Assembly: GCF_011745625.1 (NCBI RefSeq)
Contig: NW_027191460.1
Span: 372,001-436,000, forward strand
DNA length: 64,000 nt
Reading direction: 5' to 3'
Source of the DNA: Cladosporium halotolerans
Lineage: Eukaryota
Of the stretch, positions 37,207 through 47,914 are shown piece after piece (within the stretch, counting starts at the first letter, position 1; every line of letters starts with the position of its first letter). The notes beneath the pieces are model-generated. The model ran no database searches and was not told the DNA's origin. It saw only the letters and a program-made list of their open reading frames with translations. The translations under genes and the position numbers were made by a program.

Positions 37207-38853
37207 TTAAAGCTCCACATCCTCTCCCCTGATCGCTCTCAACATGTCCTCGCCCTTAAGCGCGCCGGTCAAATTCTCATATCCGTCTTCGGTGATCAAA
37301 ATGTCGTCCTCGATCCGCACGCCGCCCACAGGCATGTAGCGCGCGAGCACCTCCTCGTCGATGAACCTCTTGTGCTGCGGGTCCTTCAGGTACACGGTGT
37401 CCAAGATGAACTTGTTGAAGTAAATCCCCGGCTCGACCGTGACGACATTCCCGGGCTCAAGAGGCGGCGATTCGATTGTGCAAGGCTTCATGGAAACCGA
37501 TTGTTTCAAGCCGAAATTATTCTCGATCCATCTCTCCGGAATCTCTAGGAACTGCGGCAAAGCCTGGCGTTGTAGAGCGTATTCCGCGGCGAAAGCGGCG
37601 TGCTGCCCAGCGAAGTCGAACTTCGCCCAGAAGCGCATCTCCTGCCCGGTCGGGGGCGGCATGTCGTGGACTTCGAGGCCGAGGTGGTGCCCGAGACCGT
37701 GCGGGAAGAAGGCGCGGTCGGTGCCCTGGTGGAAGATCTCCATGTGGTCGCCTTTCAGGATGCCGAGGTCGAGCAGGGCGTCGATGGCCATGTGCGTGGC
37801 AAGCCAGTTGGCATTGATGAAGCGCTTGCCAGGGCCTAGTGCTTTGATGCAGGCTTCCTGGATCGCCTCGACGGCTTTGTAGACGGTTTCGGATTCTTTG
37901 CTGGGCCAGTGGCCTGGGTTTTTGGCGTTGAGGGGCATTGTGCGGGTAATGTCGGCCGCGTACAGTTGCCATTCGCAGCTGGCGTCGATCAGGAGCACTT
38001 GCCTGTTGCCGAAGGCTTCGTTGTTATCGTTGTAGTGGAGGATGCCTGCATTGGGGCCGGAACCCACGATGGGACCGTAGGCTTGCTCTTTGGCGCCGTG
38101 AGTGATGCAGGTGCCCAGGAAGATCCCTTCTGCTTCGGGCTCGCTTTTCAGGTGTCGTAGATTTTTGAGGACTTCCAGGTGCGCTTTAGAAGAGATGTTG
38201 TTCGCTTTGCGTATCAGTGCTACCTCGTCTGCGTCCTTGACAGCGCGGCAGGCCTCCATCGCGTTCTTCAGAAGAAACGAATCCATTAATGAAGCCTGGA
38301 GGATGTCTTGCCTCTTCAGACACCAAATCTTCTGTGAGGCGCGCTTGTGGGCTTCAAGCATGAATGTGAGGCTTTCAGGGCGCCCCTCCCTCGTCGACGT
38401 AGCGGGAGTAAGGTATCGCGCCTCGTCAACATCGTACTTCTCCATGGCCTCCTCAGGTGTACTTCCTCTGCCATCATAGAAAATCCGTGCTGGGTCAGCA
38501 CGGGGCAGCCACAAGGTCAACTTGTCTTTGGCAATGTCGTAGGTCACTTTACAGTTGGGTTCATTGCATCCAGTGATATAGTAGAAGTATCGATCTTGCC
38601 GGAAGTGGCGGGCTTGATCAGAGTGGGCGTAATAGGCTTTGTGCTCGCCTTCCAACACTATCACTCCATCGGGGCTCTTGATGCCCTCGGCAATACGCCG
38701 AGCGTGTGATTTTGCAGGGTATTTTGAGATGCCATTATTACCACTGATACGAAACTCCGAACCAGCGGTGGATGCGTTAGGATTGGACCGCATGGCCGGT
38801 ATGACTATGTAGACGTACTCGTTTTCTGTAGGACTTGCGCACTTGATCACCAC
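37207..38853 (-). CDS. Xaa-Pro aminopeptidase (M24B, PepP-like); start uncertain
   Basis: KYPAKSHA, FRQDRYFYYITG; metal-ligand motifs LIDAS, YAADITRT, PHGLGHHLGLEVHD, TVEPGIYF, GGVRIEDD. Start is either ATG 38793 or an upstream exon (possible intron 38853-38904). Confidence 0.9.
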   Translation of the reverse strand: MVIKCASPTENEYVYIVIPAMRSNPNASTAGSEFRISGNNGISKYPAKSHARRIAEGIKSPDGVIVLEGEHKAYYAHSDQARHFRQDRYFYYITGCNEPNCKVTYDIAKDKLTLWLPRADPARIFYDGRGSTPEEAMEKYDVDEARYLTPATSTREGRPESLTFMLEAHKRASQKIWCLKRQDILQASLMDSFLLKNAMEACRAVKDADEVALIRKANNISSKAHLEVLKNLRHLKSEPEAEGIFLGTCITHGAKEQAYGPIVGSGPNAGILHYNDNNEAFGNRQVLLIDASCEWQLYAADITRTMPLNAKNPGHWPSKESETVYKAVEAIQEACIKALGPGKRFINANWLATHMAIDALLDLGILKGDHMEIFHQGTDRAFFPHGLGHHLGLEVHDMPPPTGQEMRFWAKFDFAGQHAAFAAEYALQRQALPQFLEIPERWIENNFGLKQSVSMKPCTIESPPLEPGNVVTVEPGIYFNKFILDTVYLKDPQHKRFIDEEVLARYMPVGGVRIEDDILITEDGYENLTGALKGEDMLRAIRGEDVEL

Positions 38854-39402
38854 TGAGAACGCCGGTAAAATAAAGTACGATTAGATCGAAAGGTGTAAGG
38901 GTACGTGAGGTTCGACAAGCGATGGACAGGCAGCCGCCGGCAGCTCTCCACTCTGCGCGCTCACGGCAGGGGTGCAGCTTGCAGTCCCAGCCTCCAGCTG
39001 GCTCGCCATTTGACGGGTGACGTCTGCGGCGGCACAACATCAACATCGCGCAGTTTCAGGCTCGCTTGCGGTATCGCCATCCACTGGCAGTCGCGCACCC
39101 AACTCGCTTAGATCCAGGTAATATCAGGCACCGCGCTTGCTGCACGCCAGCACTGCCATCGCTCGCCGCTGCCTTGGTGCATACCATGCCCGCGGGGCAG
39201 CATGTCATCGCGCGTGCACGTCGGCACCAAAAGCCATATCGGCGCAAGAAATGTAAGCGCTGTGAGGTTGACCATAACCTGCTTCCATTCGTTTCACCAT
39301 CGTTTTCAGCCATAATAATCCTGGAGTGATTCTGCAGCTGGTCTGCCGCCACTGTTCATGCTTTCCTGGCGCCGCTGCATCATTGATCAAAGCATATCGA
39401 TC

Positions 39403-40676
39403 ATGGCCATGCAAAATATGTTGTTCACATTCCTGATTGCGCTGTCGTCACTGGGTTACTGCTATGGCGAGCATCATATGAAATGGAAGGTCGAGAAGAG
39501 ACAGAACGCCCCCGCCAACATTCCTCTGATCGTGACGAACCAATGCCGTGAAACAATACATCCTGGCATCCTCACGCAAGCAGGCACTGGGCCATCGGAG
39601 AGCGGGTGAGTGAGATCCATCAATTGATCATACAGAAAGTCGGTCTGTCTGAGCATATGCTTACCAGCAACAGCTTCAAGCTCCCATCCGGTGAAAGCCA
39701 CAGACTCCACGTCTCACAGGACTGGCAGGGCCGTGTGTGGGGCCGAACAAACTGCAGCTTCAACGATGCCGGAGAATCAACAGGCAACGGTCGACAATGC
39801 ACAACCGGCGATTGCGGCCCTTTCCTGCAATGTAGGGGCGCAGGCGAGAACCCAACAACACTCGCAGAGTTCACCTTAGCCGGCGCGCACGACCTCTCCT
39901 ACTACGACATCAGCCTCGTCGACGGCTACAACCTACCCCTAGCCATCGTCCTCCTCGCCAATAGCAGAAGCGATGTCGACGACATCCCACCCAACCAAAC
40001 CAACCCTTCCTGCGTGGCCAGCGTGGGAAACCTAGGCCCCGCCAACTACAACCCCTACGGCAACTCCCAAAAGTTCCTCGGAACCAACGCCTCCTACCCC
40101 CTCCCCTTCAACCCCGCCACCGCCTCCAAAGTCTCGCAGTGGTGCCCGTGGGACCTGCAGGTCGCGCCGCCGGCGGCGCCCGGCGACGGCGTGTACCCGT
40201 ACCCGGACAGCAACGTGGCGCGGCCGGCGTTCAGCCCGTGCTACAGCGCGTGCGCCAAGTACAACGAGCCCGCGTACTGCTGCACGGGGAAGTACGACGG
40301 CCCTAGCAAGTGCTCGTCGAACTACTACTCCAAGGCCGCGAAGGCCATGTGCCCGGACGCCTACTCCTTCGCCTACGACGATCAGGACTCGACGTTTAGT
40401 GTGCCCGAGGGAGCGGGCTTCCAGGTCGTGCTGTGCCCGGGCGGGCTGAGCACGAATATTTTGGCGACGTCCAAGTGAGTTTTCTGCTTGCGTGACTTCA
40501 TCAAAACACTGGGATCATGTGCTAACGACTCATGCAGGGGATCCGGCGACGTCCAGCATTCAGGCCGTGCCGCAGACGCCGGACGAAACGTCTTCATGGC
40601 GGGAAAGGCACTGACTGACGGCATGGCGCTGAAAGCTATTGCGATCGGATCGCTCGGGCTCGCATTCATGATGTAG
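39403..40676 (+). CDS. Secreted thaumatin-like (PR-5) protein with hydrophobic C-terminal tail
   Basis: Signal peptide; WQGRVWGRTNCSF, CTTGDCG, TLAEFTL, YDISLVDGYNLP, CPDAYSFAYDD. Introns 39606-39673 and 40475-40537. Confidence 0.92.
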
Positions 40677-41183
40677 GAAGCGTGCTGCAAGCGGACACCT
40701 AGAGCTTGGGTAAACTGCAGATTTTGTCCGAGCGAGAGGGCTGACTGCGGAAGGGAACGTCCTAATGATTTGATATATTGCATTGCGAACAGCGCTGGAG
40801 CAGAAGCTCGCGCGGCTGTCGAAGCGTTTCCTATGTCTCTTTTACGTAGCTAATGGCTCCTGTACTCACCGCTGGCGGTCATAGAATGTTCACGTCCTCT
40901 GTAAATTGTCCGCTTTCAAGCCATCGGTCAACCTCTAGCTCTATATGCTCCTCCGAAAAGCATAGGCAATCTAGGCGGCTCTTGAGAACAGCTAGTCTTG
41001 GGAGCAAGAGTGGCACGCCATATCTTGACGCTTGAAAGTTGTTTCTCGCCAAACATGAAAGACCAGCTAGGTGATGCACGCCGTGGAAATGCATCGTTCG
41101 TCATCTCGTTACACATCTCTCGATCCTTCCTCAAATCAAACGCCAGGGTCGAATCTCCCCGGATGGGTATCGCTGCAAGGCCG

Positions 41184-42034
41184 CTAGAATTGATCTGTGA
41201 AGGAGCATGCCAGTCAGCATTTCATCGTCTCTGTGTTCGGAACGACGACTCTCATGAATCAAAACGCACCCAAAGTCATGCTCATAGACACGTCCGTGTT
41301 CTCCACCATCTTCGTGAACTCCTCGAAGCTGATCTTGCCGTCGCGGTCCTGGTCCGCCTCCATGATCGTCTTGTCCACAATCTGCAGAGCATAAAAGTCA
41401 GCCAAATCCCTCTACCCCTTATGATATCCATCTTTCATCCCCCAATGTATCAACGCACCTGCTGCAACTGCTGATCCTTCAAGTTGCTCCCGACCATCAT
41501 CTTGAGCACGATGAATAGCTCACCGTTGCTGATGTAGCCGTCGCGGTCGATGTCGTAGACCTTGAACGCGAACCGCAGCTTCTCCTCCTTGTTGCCCTTG
41601 CTGCTGAAGGCGCTCAGCCCGCTGACGAATTCCTGGAAGTCCACGTCGCCGCCGCCGTCCTCGTCGAAGATCGCGATCATGCGTGTTGCGAGGGGGTTGG
41701 AGGAGACCTGGGGGAGCTGCAGGAACTCTTCGCGCTCGATCGTGCCGGAGCCGTCCTGGGGGGGTCGGTGTTAGGTGGGTGGTGATTGCGTGGGGTTTAG
41801 AGGGATAAGAGAGGGCGAACCTTGTCCAGCTTCATGAAACGCTTGCGGAGTCTGTCCACTTCCTCACGATCGACTGTTCAGACACTCGTGGTCAGCTAGT
41901 GTCCTCTCTCCTTCAAGCCCCAGCCTGGTCTGAGGAGGCGGTCTGGTGCACGGCAGCAAGACGCCGGCAACGTTATGCTTACAATTGCTTCCCTGAACAA
42001 TGTTCTCCAGCATCTGTGAATTGGCGTTCCCCAT
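41184..42034 (-). CDS. CNB1: Calcineurin regulatory subunit B
   Basis: [11 protein letters not shown] (Gly2 myristoylation site); four EF hands ([36 protein letters not shown]); ends SMSMTLDQF*. Introns 41874-41982, 41756-41820, 41382-41458 and 41195-41269. Confidence 0.97.
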
Positions 42035-42308
42035 CTTCGAAAGTGTGTTAGCGGTGTTGGTGGGTTGTTTGTGTGTTTCGCGTACACCTCACCTACACTC
42101 GTATCCCACTTTCGAGGTTCCCCTCCAGGGCCCAGACGCGGAGGGCCTCAGGCTTGCAAGACCCCGGCCAGCTTGAAGCGCGCTGTCACGAGGCATGCGT
42201 CTCCGCTCGACACAACTCTCGAGCATTGGAATACTGTACAAACGAAGTACCAAAAAACCGTGCATTCACACAAACACTCGTCGACATACCCATCGAGTTC
42301 CCCTCACC

Positions 42309-42863
42309 ATGTCCGGCGCCCAAGACGCCGCCATCCAAGCGGCGGAAACTATCCAAAGCGCGCACATCATCGACTCCCCCAGCATCGAGCACGACATAAA
42401 CCCCTCGACCGCCGCGTCCGAGAAAGAGCCCGTCCGCCTCGACCGCTCGCCCTCTGTAGATGTTCTTTCCGACGTCGACGAGGACGAGGTGCCCTTGTCC
42501 GTGCTGCGGCCGGCGCCTCGCAAGCCGCAGATGCCTCCGCTCCCCGACCTGCGCTTCGAGCAGAGCTATCTGGCCAGTATCAGTACAGCGAGAGATTGGA
42601 AGGTCGTGACGTATATCACGATTAGGGATCAGGTTTGCAATGTTCTAGTGAGGGTGAGAAGGGATGGTTGGCTGACAAGGAGACAGGTGTTTATGCCCCT
42701 CGTGCAGGGTATGGCATGGACGCTCATCGTTTCTGGCTGGCGACACCTGAACCGCTCGTCCCAGTTTAAAGGCCAGAGTGTTGGTGCGAAGATCAGGAGG
42801 TGGTGGTGGGAGGTGAACAACTGGAAGCTCCCGGAGAAGACTGGCGGCCTCAAGCGTGCTTGA
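42309..42863 (+). CDS. Fungal DUF1770 family protein
   Basis: MPPLPDLRFEQSYLASI..ITIRDQV.MPLVQG..W motif. In-frame 54-nt intron 42633-42686. Confidence 0.75.
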   Translation: MSGAQDAAIQAAETIQSAHIIDSPSIEHDINPSTAASEKEPVRLDRSPSVDVLSDVDEDEVPLSVLRPAPRKPQMPPLPDLRFEQSYLASISTARDWKVVTYITIRDQVCNVLVRVRRDGWLTRRQVFMPLVQGMAWTLIVSGWRHLNRSSQFKGQSVGAKIRRWWWEVNNWKLPEKTGGLKRA

Positions 42864-44370
42864 AATGATACTGGAGATGGTTTCCTTTCTACATGGCTGG
42901 AGCGTGACTTGCCCCGGGCCTTGGAAGAGGCTCCCACCTTTTTAGGCCTGCATACCATGGGTGTACCATGAGTACGGGCTTCTAAGAGCGCAATGCAAGC
43001 TGGAGCCGGAAGCACCTCTACTGCTCGGACGTTGCTAGAGTGCCTCGCGAAGGTTGCGGGGACACTGATACCATGCTTCGAGGTTCTTCGAAGGATTCTC
43101 AGATGCTCGGCAATTCTCGGCCACTTCCTCTGATGCGCTCGCCGGCCGGACAAGGAATGAAAAGGGGTCCAGGCGTTCCGTGCATGCTAGCGTCAGCACG
43201 AGATGTCAGCTATGGGCAATAGCAGAACAGTCTGGTTTGGCTAAGTGGCGCAACGAAAGCTTCGCCCGGTCGAGAGCGACGGTCTGGAACAGATCACACG
43301 ACGGTCTCTACACATGCATACGCTGGCCAGCCGAACGGAGATCTACGAACGGGGATCTACCAGGTGTCAGCCCTGCTGCTGCAAGGCTGTGGATTGTCGC
43401 TAACGGTATTGGAGGAAGCAGGGACGCGATCTGGATATGGCTTATTGTGTGGGATCGTCACCGACGGGCGTGGCTATAGCGCGATGGCGTGCTCACAGTG
43501 CACCCTCGTTTCTGCATAGTCTCTAGGAATGAACGGACGAACCCAGTCGTGCATGCTTATCTCGACCTCATGTCGCGTGCCACCCCCCACGCGCCTCGTC
43601 GAAGTCTTGCTGCGCTGCTTTGTTGTTTACGGTAAGGTGGAGTCGTGACACTAACACCTGTGCACATATACCTGCGTCTCCGTACGCGGAACCCGTGACG
43701 TCCGTCGCAGTCTCATTCTGCCGCAGCCCCGGCGCGCCATGCCGGACTGTCCTCCGCGCCCGGGCGCACAGCTACCACGCCACTCACGCATCGCGATCCC
43801 AAGGACCGAGGAAAGCAACATCAGCGACACCGGCAATGCGCCGCGCTGTTGTGTCGTCATGCCGGGCGGCCACCCCGGCGACGCCTCAGGCGATGGAACA
43901 GGCTCGAATTCAATGCGACGACAGCCCGCGTCTCGCCCCGATCTGGGGCCCACGCCCGGCCCACTATTCGTCAGGGCACCCGTTGAGCGACTTCTACCAA
44001 CCAAGCACAGCGCCGCACGCCGACGTGCCCTGCCCGCTTGCATCCACCAGCCCGTTCGCCTACCCACGCTACCCTCCCACCCTTGCCGCTCACTCGCAGG
44101 GCCCAGCGCCATCAACGCTGCCGGACTAGTACTACTGCTCAGACGTGGAGATCACCTCCTCACTCTGACAACTCAATTCGTAACCGAGCTTGATAAATTG
44201 CCCTTGCAGAGCCTGCGCCGCGTCAACCTCACGCCTACTTCCACGTCGAAGTCTACCCTTCGCGGTCTTCGCTGCACTGCACACTACCAACTTCACAATC
44301 ACATTCACACAGCACCTCGAAGGCGGGCAAATCTTGAAATATCAGTACTGCCTTCAGCCGCTCATCGAAG

Positions 44371-45932
44371 ATGTCGGACAAGCCCATCTTCGTCGCCACC
44401 CACCCGCGAGCATGTTCGACGGCCTTTGAACGGGTACGCGAGCACCGACTTACCTGCCCTTGAAACCGGCCGTCGTTGGATCTCCTCCCGTGGGAGATGA
44501 CTGACGCAAACCACAGGTCTTCATGACCCGCCGCAACGACATGACATGTATCCACGAGCCTTTCGGCGACGCCTTCTACTTCGGACCCGAGCGTATGGGC
44601 ACTCGGTACGAGAACGACGAGAAGGCCAGAGAGGAGTCTGGTTTCGCCGATTCGACGTTCCAGACGATCCTTGACAGGATCGACAGCGAGAAGGAAGAGG
44701 TAAGCCCGGTGTCAGCCCTTTTATCGACTTTTCCATCGAGCCGCTGTTGGCCGTCGTTCATTATGTTGGTTTTTTCGCTATTTCGGTCGCTGTTTCTCGG
44801 TCATCCGTCGATTCCGACCGATGCGACCGTTGCGGGCTTCGTTCCGGCCGAACGGCAGACTGAGGGACGGTCAGCGGCAGCATCGTTTCAACGAGCACAG
44901 CATGGCTCCCACCATGACACACTCACGACTGCTTCATATCGCTCATTTCTTCAAAATCCTCGAATTTTGGTTCGGTGTCAGAAATTTCATGGGCATGAAA
45001 AACTGACCTTTTCCACCAGGGCAAACGTGTCTTCATCAAAGACATCACTCACTACCTCGTCCCGCCGAACAAGCAGTCCGCGCGCATCGCTCCTTCGCTG
45101 GGCATCCCCAAGCGTGGCGTCGGCACCAACGGCCAAAGCGGTGGCGAGAATGGCGAGGTCAAGGGCGAGACTGACTCCGGCATAATCATGCCAGACAGCC
45201 CGTCCAAGACCGCACCCTTCCCGTTTGACACCGCCTCCGAGCCTAACAACCCGTCGGTCATGCCGAGGGAGCTGCTCGAGAAGTTCCACTTCACCTTCCT
45301 TATCCGCCACCCACGCAACTCCATCCCTAGCTATTACCGCTGCTGCGTCCCGCCGCTCGTCGAGAAGACCGGTTTCAACGAGTTCATGCCAGAAGAGGCC
45401 GGCTACGACGAGCTCCGCCGCTTCTTCGACTACTGCAAGGACTCCGGGCTCGTCGGCCCCAAAATCTGCGGGCAGCAGAATGACGGCGCGGTCGCGGCGC
45501 CCGGCAGCCTGGAGATCTGCGTCATCGACGCCGACGACCTGCTCGACGACCCGGAGGGCATCCTGCGCCAGTACTGCGCGTCCGTCGGGCTCGAATTCAA
45601 CGCCAGCATGCTCAACTGGGACTCCGAGGAGGCGCACCAGCTGGCCAAGGACGCCTTCGAGAAGTGGAACGGCTTCCACGAGGACGCGATCAACTCGCGC
45701 GACCTGAAGCCCAGGGCGAGCGTAGGTCTTCCCGTCCCGGTGCGCTCCCCGGCCATCAAACAGCTGATAACCATCGCAGAAGAAAACGCCCAAGCCCGAC
45801 GATGTTTTGTTCGCCGAGTGGAAGGAGACGTACGGCGAGAAGGCCGCGTGCGTCATCCGCGACACCGTCGCCGCCAACGTCGCCGACTACGAGCACCTGA
45901 AGCAGTTCGCCATCAAGCCGCTGCGCGCTTGA
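44371..45932 (+). CDS. Sulfotransferase-like P-loop fold protein
   Basis: MSDKPIFVATHPRACSTAFER|VFMTRR..HEPFGDAFY, VFIKDI, TFLIRHP..SIPSYY, VIDADDLLDDPE. Introns 44434-44516, 44700-45019 and 45722-45779; stop TGA 45930-45932. Confidence 0.8.
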
Positions 45933-46872
45933 GCGAGAGATTCCAGTCTTTCGCTGGCGATGGGGTCATGTCGAGGTTGATGTCGCTGCCTCTGGACGGG
46001 TTTCTTTTGTCCGGATGTCATGCGAATGAAATGGGGAAGAATGCAACAAATAGTAACGACGATTGCAACGTACACGAAAGTAATGCTTCGAATGGAAAGG
46101 GAGTTTCGGACTTTCAGACGATGTGCGAGTGCGTCTTGTCTCGTTTCAGCACGCAATGCCACATCTGATGGCGTGCTTGCGGGATGTCCGCTTGTGATCC
46201 CGCGCTGATGAGTTCGGGCTCCCACGTGATGGCAGCCGGGACGGCGGCATGTCATGGTACTCGAAATAATGATGGAGTGTTTTGTGTTGCATCTGGCTAC
46301 CGGACGACACCTCTCGTTCCTATGGGACCTTTCGACTGGACGGCGAAATGCCAATGGCGCACACTTCGTTTCGCAGCCGACCGCACATCATTTGCTCTCG
46401 TCCACCTCACCCCTCACCTCGTCCCATAGAAGGCTTCGTTTGAGCTCCAACCGAACAATTGACACCAAACCTATACACACACACCCCGCCATTAACACTA
46501 CTCTTTCTCCACGAAGCATTCGTCAATTATCCAAATTAGATCACCAAATTGCCACCTCACCATCTCCAAGCGGGGCCTCGCAGAGGCCATGCGGGGCAAC
46601 GACCACAACGTCTTTGCATGAAGCATAAACGCAACCTTACTTTTTAGTGACCCAAATGGCCATTACGTCAATCCGGAAATCCCGGTAGCAGAGACACCAA
46701 GAATCAGTGTTCCCGCACGACAGCCAGCTCCAACTTCATACCTCTCCACGTACCTTGCCCAAACCTCCAACACAAACCGGCAAACCGCACCGCTCAGCGC
46801 ATCCCAAACACAACAAACCCCCTACCACCACCTCCCCCTCAAACCCCAACTCCCCAACCCAAAAACACAAAA

Positions 46873-47634
46873 ATGTCCCCCCCAACAACCCTCATCTACG
46901 GCGGCAGCGGCAAAGTCGCCCAGCACCTCATCCGGCACCTCCTCTCGCTCCCGCTCCCGCACAAAATCCACCCCATCGTCCGCTCCGCCTCGCAAACCCC
47001 CGCCCTCGCCGCCCTCGGCGCCCACCCCATCGTCCAAAGCATCGAGACCTCCTCCGCGGAAGCCATGGCGGCGACCATGCGCGCCACGCGCGCGACGGCG
47101 ATAATCTGGAGCGCGGGCGCCGGCGGCGGCGACCCCGCGCGCACGCGGGCGGTGGACTTCGAGGGCGCGGTGAGGTGCATGGACGCGGCGGCGCTGGCGG
47201 GCGTGAAGCGGTTTGTGATGGTCAGCGCGGTGGACGTGCGGGACCGAGAGGGCGGGGCGGAGCCCGAGTGGTATGATGAGGGGGACAGGGAGAGGAGTGC
47301 CGGGATGTGGGGGAAGATCGGGCCGTATATGGAGGCGAAGCTGGCGGCGGATAGGTCGCTGGTGGGGGAGAATGGGCGGCGGGGGTTGGAGTGGACGATT
47401 GTGAGGCCGGGGGGGTTGAGTGAGGAGAAGGGGACGGGGAGGGTGAGTGCGGGGAAGGTGCATATCCAGGCGCGGATTCCGAGGGAGGATGTTGCGGCGG
47501 TTGTGGTGGAGTGTCTTGGGAATGAGGGGACGGTGGGGTTGGCGTTTGATGTTGTGGGTGGGGAGACGGGGGTGAAGGAGGCGGTTAGGAAGGTGGTTGA
47601 GGGTAGGGAGGATACGTTTGAGGGGAGGTATTGA
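46873..47634 (+). CDS. NAD(P)-binding Rossmann protein (atypical SDR, YMR090W-like)
   Basis: LIYGGSGKVA, IIWSAGAGGG, AVDFEGA, YMEAKLAAD, WTIVRPGGL, IPREDVA; intronless. Confidence 0.88.
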   Translation: MSPPTTLIYGGSGKVAQHLIRHLLSLPLPHKIHPIVRSASQTPALAALGAHPIVQSIETSSAEAMAATMRATRATAIIWSAGAGGGDPARTRAVDFEGAVRCMDAAALAGVKRFVMVSAVDVRDREGGAEPEWYDEGDRERSAGMWGKIGPYMEAKLAADRSLVGENGRRGLEWTIVRPGGLSEEKGTGRVSAGKVHIQARIPREDVAAVVVECLGNEGTVGLAFDVVGGETGVKEAVRKVVEGREDTFEGRY

Positions 47635-47914
47635 GTGAGTGGGATAAGACTGGGGGTAAGTCTCTAGTTACAGGAAGCTATACAGAGAGGCCATTGAAGA
47701 GGAAAGAAGAGAGAAACTGAATTTACAAAGTGCCGTGACCCATTTGACGTGATTACAAGGGAAAGCGTAAACGCGGACGCCAGTCGCTAAACCCATCAGA
47801 AAACCATCAAGCATATCCGCCGCAAACCAGACGAGTACCTCCGAACAGACGGGTATACGTGCAAGGGAAAACGAGAAAGGAGAGAAAGGAGAAGTGCTCC
47901 ACCCGGAAGCGTCA

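Noticed and set aside
43836..44129. Pro-rich ORF upstream of the sulfotransferase-like gene
   Set aside because: GC-rich region with ORFs open in several frames and no family motif; cannot be distinguished from chance.
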